From Dimargaris cristalligena (lineage: Eukaryota), in contig ML002271.1 in the NCBI GenBank assembly GCA_003614675.1, positions 1 to 51,969 of the forward strand: a stretch of DNA of 51,969 bases, given 5' to 3'. The notes below the pieces were generated by a model. That model ran no database searches and had not been told where the DNA came from. It saw only the letters and a list, made by a program, of their open reading frames with translations. This document shows, one piece after another, positions 1 to 10,376 of the stretch. The first letter of the stretch is position 1. Each line of letters begins with the position of its first letter. The position numbers were made by a program, and so were the translations under genes.

Positions 1-63
1 TGTGTAGGTTATTACTAGAAGAACTACCCTCATTTTCCGATTCATTGGCTTCGGTGCTAGCAT
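1..63 (-). CDS. Probable 5' end of a gene running off the window, with a signal-peptide-like N-terminus
   Basis: ATG at 63 reads MLAPKPMNRKMRVVLLVITYT, open to the window edge (basic then hydrophobic). A TATA-like GTATAAATAG lies at 141-150 on the minus strand. Confidence 0.4.
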   Translation of the reverse strand, partial: MLAPKPMNRKMRVVLLVITYT

Positions 64-1464
64 TGATGATAAATGACAATGAATGTTTGCTATATGGAGT
101 GGCTTGGGTTCTACGTTGGTGGTGGTCCGGCTGTTCTAGACTATTTATACCCTCAATGGTTGTCCCAGTCACTGTTTGATATACAAGCCCGGTAGCCACC
201 AATAGTAGCACATAATTCGTCCATGGTGCCATTATTTCTCCGGGAATTTATTGGCGGGTTGGAGATAAAGCTATGGCAATGAAAATGAAAATGAGCCTGA
301 GGCAAGCACAGCAAGGTGTCTGATGGTGGAAATGTTGGTAGCTGTTAATAATGATGGTTCTTCTCAACTTGGTTATAACCAAAAGAATACATGCGGATGT
401 TGATAAAAAAAGAGAGGGAGGGAAGGAGCGAGAAGAGAGAGGGAAAATTTAGTTCAACAACCCCGTATTATATTATCCAAGACGGGAGGGAGATCAACGG
501 GCCTTTTATACAGGTATGAGTTTGATTTTGAAATGGAAGCGCCCCGACTGCCGAAATCGGAGGCAGGGCATTCAGTCCTTAGAGTTACATAAGATAGCTG
601 TACTCAAAAAGAGGTGTTGCTTGAAGCACTCCCGTGGAACCTCATTAGTCAAAAATAGGAGCGTTTGTGGCAATGAGGTTCGGAAAATGGAAACCAGAGA
701 CTCATTGCTACTTAACTTCACTCGGAGGAAATAGACAAACGGCGGATAGTACACGTTTCACAGCATAACCATCCGCTTTTGTAAGCCCAGTTTGTAAAAT
801 CAAAAATTGGGTCGACAATCCAACTTATCTTAAGAAATAGGGATGATTATACTTACTAACCTGGCATAATTATTTACGCTAACATATCCCGGATGTACTA
901 AATTATATAATCCCCATACTTAGCAGTATATAGACATTGTCCGATGGGTAAAACTGTTGTTTTTACTCTCAGTATCATCACAAATTTGGGTTTTACCACG
1001 CATTTTGGTAGAGGTCTCATCAGTTGTAGAAGGGTTTCCTAGCTGGGCCGTGATCCATAATAGAGGTTGTATGGATGCTGTCAGCTATTGGAAAAAAAAC
1101 GTTGGGTCGATCAATCGACATTTAATCTGACGCTCTTAATAGCACATATACCAATGCGATAAAGATGCCACAGTTATATTTCATATACATATTCATTTAT
1201 TACTATCGTACTTTTCTACCGATTCAATATGAAAACCCTCTACTAGAACCATATATATATTATGTAAGTTGGTTACGTGTGTCCCTCTCCAACACCAGAG
1301 GTTTCCGAATGTATGATCCCAAACTGTGGCCTGTTTTGTCTGGAATAATCTAGCAAGGTTCAAGGAGGTTGTAGTCGCTTCCCCAACCACCCCGCTGATA
1401 CAGTCGTCAATTGAAGCCTACCGGTGTCACCAACCTAAGCGAGGAATGGTCCCCAGCCAGTTTC

Positions 1465-3629
1465 TCAGTCACTGGCCCAATCGGGTAAATGTTCCCAGAA
1501 CTTAACGTCCCAGTACACCAGATGGTGGGTAAGCCAAGTGTAATTAGGCCACAATGGCTGGCAGCGACTGCAAAACCTAGTTTCTACGCCCGATTCCTCT
1601 ACATCGCACTGCACGGCCTGGTTATCGCCGTGCCGAATCCAGTATTCGTCATTGTAATTGATGTAGCCCATCTGGAGCAACGGTAAATGGGGAACAATAT
1701 CGTCCTTGTTGGTTACCCGGCGCACTACCGGTAGATTGTAGGCATTGAAAATGTCAACAAACCCCTTGTTTCCCACTCGAGGCTGGCCAAAGGCGTAGAG
1801 CTCAATGTGGGGAATAAGCTCGGGATAGTTTTTGGCGAAATCGGATGCGGCAATAACCGCTTGGGCTATTGTGATAATGGAGGTGGTATAAGGGTGGTGG
1901 GAGTCGGTGCATTAGAAGGAGGGAAGCAGGTGGTACAGTGTGATTAGGTAAGTAGTCCAGTGCATGTATTAGTCGTGCAATATCCTATATAGGCCGCTAA
2001 GACCGACATTATTCAGTGGGTCGATAGAAATGGGAGGTAGGGAGGAGAAAACATAGTCCAGTTGGGTGGTGGGAAGTAGAAAATATGAGACCGGATTGAG
2101 TGCCTTCTATTGTCCGATAAAGCTAAAACGTCCAACTGAGCAATCGGTCCTGGGAAGGTGGGGCGACCCTGTCGGGACTGTGTGAATGAATGTTCTGTAC
2201 AGATTAATGGTCAGATAACCAAGACTGAGGAGGATATAATGGGAGCAGTAGGTCAATCGAGTAGGACTTGGCCCGTTGTTGGAGTCTGTCGGCAAAGCAA
2301 TGTGGCGGGACCCTGTACCACCTGGTGACCTGCCTTCATAGTCGCCCCTCCCTTCCAAACTAAGCTAAACTGCTCCTTTTTATATTAGGGCGCAATCACC
2401 TCCATTAGTGATACTAGCAACCAAGCCCCTGTCTGACCTAATCCGCTCCTGTACACAAGTAATCACCAACCGACCGCCTTTGTTTCCCCAACACCCCCAT
2501 CCCCCGCGCGCCTAGTCATACGGTACCCCTATTGTACCTTCCTTGATGCGTGGTCCCGGGAGACACAACCAAGGCAAACCATACCAATCCATAATAATAA
2601 TAATAATAAACCAACGTACCTGCCCCTAGCGAGTGGCCCACAAAGGCAATCTTATAGTCCGGGTTCGACTTCAAAAGTAAAAATATGATTCCAATGAATT
2701 TGTCGCGATTGGCCTGGTACGAGGAAAGAAACCCCGAGTGGACCATTGAATCGGGGTCGCCTTCCGGCCAGTTGCTCATCCACACCATGGCGTCGGCCAC
2801 GACCGATAGAACGCGCCGGGTGCCGCTGAAGGCCAAAATAATACTCTTGAGGTTGACGTTTTGGGCTAGGTAGCCGTGACTTGAGGGAAAAACACTGGAA
2901 AATTGGGTTATTACCTGGGTGCCGCTGGTGCGGTCATTCCGGGTACATGGTAGGCAATTCCAGTCCGTAACGTCGATATAGGCTGCCGCGGCATATCTGG
3001 CTACCCAATTTTATGGACGCAGTGTGGGGCAAGCAAGTGAAGTGGGGTGACCAACACAAGGGCATCAATCTGGTGTTAGTATGATACAATGGCCCTGTTG
3101 GGCAAGAAATAACATGCGACCATGGTAGGGCAGGGCCTGGCAATAAGCTTGACGGAATATATATTTTCAATCATAGTGGGTAACTAGACTGTGCTTTAAC
3201 TTACTCAGCATAAACCTTGAGTCTGTCCACTTCCGTCTCATTGAGAACGACGCGCTTGGAGGGCTCGTCAAAACGGAAATAGCACTGAGGCTCTTCAAAT
3301 TGGAATGGGAGGGCCCATCCATGGACCGAGTGGATATGGGTGGCCAGTGCTAATATAATAAATAAGATCTAAAGAAATATCCAATTGTCATAGAAAAGTC
3401 CGCGTCGCCGTTTGCAATGAAGAGGGTGGCACAGTCAGATTATACAACAATAAGTACAAAACTGCAGAGAGATAATACAGGATGGCTGTTCTAAGCTGGG
3501 GGGAGGGTGGCTACCCAATACCCTAATATAGCAATCTGGTGTTTCAAAAAAAAGGGGGGGACTTCCTTTCACGTATTAGAATAATCAAAAGTGCTGAACT
3601 AATACTTCAGACTATCCTACCTGATACAT
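1465..3629 (-). CDS. Secreted class 3 (Rhizomucor/Rhizopus-type) triacylglycerol lipase, 4 exons
   Basis: Exons 3629-3621, 3368-3205, 2996-2620 and 1865-1465 join in frame through GT-AG introns (951 nt). Signal peptide MYQILFIILALATHIHSVHG. Motifs YAAAAY..W.C..C, AFSGT, VHSGF, GHSLGA (catalytic Ser), FGQPRVGN, DIVPHLP (Asp) and HHLVYW (His). Confidence 0.93.
2591..2609. repeat. (TAA)n microsatellite in lipase intron 3
   Basis: ataataataataataataa is directly visible. Confidence 0.8.
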
Positions 3630-6432
3630 GTTGACGGTTAAATAGAATGGTGCCTAGTCGCGTATAACAATCAGTTAAGTATAAATTATGGATCGTGACT
3701 GTTGGCACAAATTGAATATGAACTTAAAACCCCGGTAAGGTATTCAAATAAAAAAAATGATAAAGCAAAGTAGAGGGTGTCTTTTGGATCTAAAAAGCAG
3801 GATGGTAAACAAAGACGATCCCATCTTAGATGGAAAATCTAATTAAATAGTTGTTAAGAGGCAAATTGCTCCCCGAACCAAAAGAACTAAGTTATAGTAA
3901 TAGCCATCGAGGTTGGGGATGGTGTACTATATATACTAATTTGGGAAAAGGGAAGTCTAGAACGATATCTTGTCCACAGGTAATACCCGTTTAAGGAGAA
4001 AGGGAGGCCTCGCTATGCCCAAGGGTAATGACCAAAGGGGTGTGTGGTGGAGGAGAGAGATTCATTTAGAGAATCGTCGCTTGTATTGGCCGTAACACCA
4101 CCACCTGAGCATACACACGACATTATACCAGGCCATGGACGAAAATAGCCGTCTTTTCTCATTGCGACCTCTTTTGGGCAACCTGCAACTTGGTGCACCA
4201 CGACGAGGTCGAATCGAATGGGTGGAGGGCTCCATTACTAAGAGGAATTTGATTTACACCGTCCCCGTATATTCAAGCCGGCTCTTATAATTACCGCCCC
4301 TGAGTCCCGAGCGCCTTATTTCGCAAGTGAACTGTCTTCCCTTATCCCCCTCTTTTTGGTTAGGCGGGTCGGTCAGGTGGGGATGGTGAAATGCAGTCCG
4401 CTTACTGATAAGACCTACCAGTAAAACCACATCTACTTTCCCATCGTCCGGCTGAGGTGGAATTCAGTTGGACGTAAAATGCTGGATGGGGGGTATACAA
4501 TCTCGTTGGCAAATCATTGTAAAATAGATCCCCCAACACCATTACCCGTCGGTTGGATTTCTCGATTCCCATTAGGTCAAACCCGTGGTGGCCCCTTACA
4601 AATGTACGAGTAGATAAGAAATCGGATATTCGCAACTATCTTGAGGCCAGCCGCAATTATAATACACGGCAAGGATTTGGCTGCTGAGCAAGGGTAACAG
4701 TATTGCGTACCATCGGGTAGGTATACGGGCTAATCGTGATCGCCTGATTAATGGGACTGCGCAGATCTATTTCGAAGCCGATTGTATTTCCTACGTATTT
4801 GCCAGGCCGGTACTTGCTACTAGGACGTATTTGGTTAGAAAGCAATAAAACCCCTGAATATAGCGCCGCGTATTTAGAGCTGTTAAAGTCGCTATCGCCC
4901 GATTCAATCATGTCATTACATCTAGTCCCCTTTGGGATAACGAATCAGGAACCGCATCGTACGGCGAACTATAGAGTCGGACGTTCAAGGACTGGGTTGG
5001 GCGGGATTCTTACTATTCTGAGGTCGGCCGAATTCTGCCATTAACAGACGCAAATGTATTGCAGCTGTCTCATTCTCAAAGACATTATAATTATATTCTT
5101 CGAAATTTTTATAAAGTATGGGTAACACAGAGTATTAGGAGGCACATCAGGAGATGCGATGGTCATGCCCACCCTATCCTATTAAATTACCAGGGGCCGC
5201 TTTTGGATAGATTAACCAGTAAAAAAAATGGCGCCAAAAATAGGGTATCCTCGAAGGAAACACTTGAAACAGTCAATTTCGAGAAAACTGCATGTTTAGA
5301 GCCAGTCCGGGTTTCTTCACCGCCCAAAAGAAACGGGAGCCGATGGAATTTTGAGAATAAGTTACACCCCTCCATTTGTATTCTATAATTTTTATACCGC
5401 AAGGGGTGTGTGATGTAAAGGGGGTAGGAGAAAGTAATCCAGCAACACACGTACTGAGCAAGACTTAATCAGTTTTTCACTGACGTACCGGAAAGATCAA
5501 TATCGAAAAGATTTACTAAGTATGTCTAAAGCTAGCTTGGACCGGTTTTTAATTGCTCAGTTGCCCTTTGAATAATATGTATATAAGCGAGCCTATGGCT
5601 TCCTTCGCCAATACTTGGATCGACCCTAATGAACTGGCACCTATTCTTTCAGAAAGTCGTCATGAGATAAGGTTTAAATCCGCACCCAGTGGTGGTAAAA
5701 TGGAATGGGTATTATTCATTTCTTCACATATAGTCGACTAGGTCAAAATTATTGGGTAATAGGGTTGGTTTGAGGGCGAGCAAGCCAGATGTTGATGTAG
5801 CCTAGACGAGGTAGAAGACTCCTCTACACGCAATCCATCACCCTCCAAGACAGTACTATATTGATTAACCAGCCATCATCACTTGATTTTCGCACCCAAA
5901 GGCCTTTGCATTCAGTGGCGCTGGGCCATTATTTTTAAAATAGTCAAATGACCTGGATACTGAATCAATGTAGGGCTGCAACGGGATAATGGACCTAGCC
6001 CTTGTCACCATGACCAGCTTAATCGCGGTACTCATTTATATAAATAGTAAAGAAACAAAATACTAAAACGCCCTAAACAGCTCACATCATTACGGTACCC
6101 CTACCCCCAAGTACCTTATCCCGATTTGGCTCATCGAATTCAAATGGGGTCACATTGGGCGAGGGTTTTTAAGGATGAGGAGCAAAATGTGGTTAGGATT
6201 AATTCATCCAGTATGGACCCATGAGCTTCAGGCGCTGGCCATATGCTCCAATTTGCCATTTTCTAAACAGGGATGGAGCGGCTGGTCAGCTGAGCCCGGT
6301 GGAATATACCAGCCCCTGGCCCTCATAACCGCTTCAATAAGTCCGACCCTTACCATTAGAATGTGCTGGCAGAATCGCCGGTTGGTTCATGGTAATCTTC
6401 GGCAGTTTATTAACATATTCAGGGGTTGGCGA

Positions 6433-7814
6433 TTAACCCGCCAGCACTTCTTCGACTGTGGTTATGGTCGTTGCTAGCGTCGTAACGGCTTCCTGCGTTA
6501 CGGTGGCTAAAACTTGGTCCACCGCCTTCGTCGCCAGCGGCGCCGAGCTCCCGAATAACTGGCCAATCAGCCAGCGTAAAATACCCGCAAACGGAAACCA
6601 CACCCGGTGCTGCAGAACGTACAGAACGACTCCGGTAAATACGATGAGGCCGAAGGCCATGATGAGCCGGTCGGTCCAGTCTCCCTGCTCGAGCTTGGTA
6701 ATGATGGTTTGGGACGACTGGAGGAGGCCGGCCAGGGACTTGTGTTGGACCAAACTGGACTTAACCAGGCGGGACGATTCATCCAACTGCGAGGTATTGA
6801 CGATACTGCGCTCCAGCTCGGAGGACATGAGTTGGGTCGTGCGGCGGAGGGATTCAGTCACGTCATTAGCGGCGTTGAGCACGACGTTCCCCTCCGCGGC
6901 CCGCCGGCGTCGTAGCTCATTGGCGCGGACGGTTTCCACAGTCGCGCCTTTGAACAGCTCCCGGCGCTCGTCGCGGGCCTTTTGGTCGAGCGCGTGTTTG
7001 GATTGGATTAAGGCTGACCGGATGGCCTTTTGGGTCCTGCGGTTCCAAAATGGACGCGAAATGTAATGGGCCAAGCCAACGAAGTAATCGGGAGCATATA
7101 CATAGTTTAGAACTTATGGACTTTGCGCAAGCTTTTTTGAATCGAAAAAAAATAATACCATGGATTCTAATGGGCAATGTCAACTGAGCGTAATCAGACT
7201 ACATATTAATCACCCAGCCGTGATAGATTGGGATCTTCCTTACTGTTTCCAATGTTTTTCATGGGTAACGAGCTGTTCTAGATAGTTTTGGCGGTCAATA
7301 TCCCGGTCTTGTTCTTCAGCCAAGAACTTCAGCGACTGAATATTGATAAGGTCAAAGAGGTAGTTGAAGGCATAGTTAATAGTGAAATCAATTAGAAAAA
7401 GAGTGGTATCTACTACTTTACAATATTTCACCTGACTGCATTCACTGGTCAAGCAACTGTGCCCCTCACATAATCTCGCTATATAAGAGGTAGTCCATAG
7501 GTTAAGTCCTGTGTAGGACAAATCTCGCTTAATGGCAATGGTAACCGCTTGGTCAGTCCCATGAGCAATGCGCCAAGCCCAGTACCTGCCTGTTGTTGCC
7601 AGGGTAGATGGGTTAGACTAGCCATGTAGTTGTTCCCTACCTCTATAAACCGGTGGATGGCTCTATGTTTCTCGCGAATGAGTGCCCCAAGCTCTTGCTG
7701 TTCAATGGGGGTGTGGGCCGTTTTACCAAGGGCGGTGATGAGCTGTGTCAATTCCCGCTCATCCCGGCCAAGCAGCTCGAATTGCTGGGTGATGTTTAGG
7801 GGGTCGTCGCTCAT
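6433..7814 (-). CDS. SEC20: ER SNARE Sec20/BNIP1, 3 exons, about 289 aa
   Basis: Exons 7814-7641, 7335-7244 and 7036-6433 are in frame with GT-AG introns. Sec20-type SNARE domain (ANDVTESLRRTTQLMSSELERS...LEQGDWTDR) is followed by a TM segment (LIMAFGLIVFTGVVLYVL). Confidence 0.9.
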
Positions 7815-8486
7815 ATGTGCAAATATAGTAAAGAAGTAGGGGGGTGAGACTGTGTTTGAATATTTAAAATAAGATTTTAATAGTAAGCTGAATCAAGGCA
7901 GATGGCAAAGTGAAGTGAAATTAGTGGAAGTATTCAGTAAGGAGAGTAATAGTTGGGGAATGGACACCGGCTAAGATAATATATCGGCCAGTTTAATATT
8001 CTTGAGCATGGGACCAATGAGGATGTGGCACGTTGAACCTTAAGGGTCCGAACAAGGTTAATTCCTTTCCAAGAAAATAGTGGGCAGGATTCAGGATTAT
8101 AAGAACCAACTCATCAATGTGGAGTGGGCCTGGCTCATCATGTCCGCCGAGACCACATCCAACTAATGCAATGCACTGAAAGATAAAAAGTATCAATAGA
8201 GCGCATCTAGAATTGCAATAGTGTTCAGTAGCAATATTTCGTTTCATAATCCAGCAACCCCAGAACACTAGACTGATGACAATAACTATACGTTACGACC
8301 ATTTAAATAGCCTGAAATATCCGATGCAAATTATTTATTGAATGGTTAAATCAACTTGGCGACTCGAGCCCAAACGATAAACATTTAGTAGTACGGAGAA
8401 CCAGGGGAACCCCAACCAACCAGGTACAAGTATATGTAAGCGGTCGTATGAGAGGATGTGAGAGCGGGGAGAGATGTGGAGATAAT

Positions 8487-9733
8487 TTACTCGTCCAGAA
8501 GACCGTGCTGGCGCATGAAGTTGAGCTTCTTCTGCTTGACCTTGTTCTGACGCTCCTTGAGGGTGAGGGGAGTCTGCTTGATGTACTTGGACTTGGTACC
8601 GGGGGCAGGGACGTTCTTCTTGGTGGGGACGAAAGTAGGGTCGGCGCGAATCTTGGCGTGGGCCTGGGTGTAGATCTCCTCGATATCGTCGGCGGCGATA
8701 CCCTTGGCGATGTACTGACCGAACTGGCGCTTGTACTTCTCCTCGTCCTCTTCCTCGAGGGCGGTCATGTAGCTAGAGACGTGCTGGCCGAAGATGTAGT
8801 CGCGGAGGACCTCGGAGTCCAGGGACTTCGACTCGCTGTCGTAACCGGGGAAACGCTTCTCGTTGTGGGGAACGAAAAGGCCACCGTCGGAGGCGCCCTT
8901 CATGGCGCCGAAGACACGGGCACCGGTGGTGGTGCGCTTGAGACCGACATCCAGGAAGACCTTGAAGGGACGGGGGCCCTCCTCGTTCTCTTCGGTAATG
9001 CTGACGGTACCGTCAACCTCAGTCACACCCTCGTATTTGGTGTCCAGACCCAGCTTGGCCAGGACACGGCGGGCCAGCAGGAGACCAGTGCAGTAGGCAG
9101 CGGCCCAGTTGGTCAGACCAACCTGGACACCGTACTTGGGGAGCTCATGAGCGTAAGCCGAGCACATAACAACATCGCCCTGGATCTTGGCGTAGATGAT
9201 CTGGCAGATAATGTCGGCGTTGGTGAAGCGGACCACCAGACGGTACTTGGGGGAGTTGTACTTGTTTTTGGCCTGGACAATCAAGCGCTTGCGGGCATAG
9301 TAGTCGGTTTTGCCTTCTCTTCTTCTACGGTACTTGACCTGGTAGCGCTTGAAGTAAGCCCGGTCTTTAACGACTTTGACGAAAGGCTAGAGTGGGGGAA
9401 TCAGAGACAGTGGAAAAATAGATGGGCAGGGAGATTAGGATCTACTATACTGGGAATGGGCCGGTGGGGAAAGAGGGAGGTGATCCCGGCGTTTGTGAAT
9501 GGGACGCGGTGCTCAACTAGGGAGTCCCGGCCGGACTTTACACATCGCCACTTCTATTTAGATATAGATATGGTGGGCGATATGTGTATGTGTCACCCTC
9601 CGCTACGCCGGTTATACATTGATGGATGGATGCTTCGGCCATCTCGCATTGATGGTGGCGATTCGGGGCGACGGATGGATGGATGGATTAACGGTTCATC
9701 ATAACGGTATGGACGGGGCGTGGTGCTTACCAT
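8487..9733 (-). CDS. RPL5: 60S ribosomal protein L5 (uL18), binds 5S rRNA
   Basis: The coding part of exon 1 is only the ATG (9733-9731, followed by gtaagc). Intron 9730-9387, then exon 2 from 9386: [57 protein letters not shown]...[18 protein letters not shown]. Strong codon bias. Confidence 0.99.
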
Positions 9734-10376
9734 TTTGTATATATCGCACTTGTAGAAGAAGGTGGTGTCGAGCGAAGGAAAGAGACGGAATCAAGCAGCG
9801 GCAGTGGATAACGAGTTTATGAGTAACGGATGCCTCCCACTTAACTTATGGTTGGATTATTTTTTGCTAAAAGATAGGCCAAGTGGATGGTTAAAGATGT
9901 AAAAATATAATGTACCATGGTGGTACATATAATCCGGTGGAAGAAGTTGATGGTGGGCTCAACAATCAAGTAGGGAAGAGGGTCACACGTTGGAAGGGAG
10001 TGTATGGGGGGATGGTTTGTACGTGGTGAGGGCGAAATCCCTTTTCCACTTCCTGTGCATACTTTCCAAGCGACCGACTAAAACAAAAAGACAGAGGGAG
10101 AGAGAGAGGCGCCTACTGCTAATATTGTTCCCTATACGTCACCCAAGCGCTGTTTTTAGTTGCTTGACCCAGTGCTGCCCAGGTTATCTTCTATATTATA
10201 TATTCTTACTTTCATTCCTTCGCAATAGACCCGTCCCTGCTCTTGAACTCCACGGCTGCCACTTATAACTTTGCCCCATTCAAGTCTCCTACCGCGTGTC
10301 ATTTTTGGTTCGGCTTCTTTAGACCTTTGAATTAGCTCCCTTCCCCTGGCCTGGCCTATCGTCTGTTTACTCTGCC

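Noticed and set aside
5220..5460. Sequence stylistically resembling the end of a non-autonomous DNA transposon
   Set aside because: No partner inverted repeat, TSD or transposase found in the window.
8448..9704. 418-aa ORF antisense to RPL5
   Set aside because: This is the expected shadow ORF of a strongly codon-biased gene; it runs through the RPL5 intron and has no recognisable domain.
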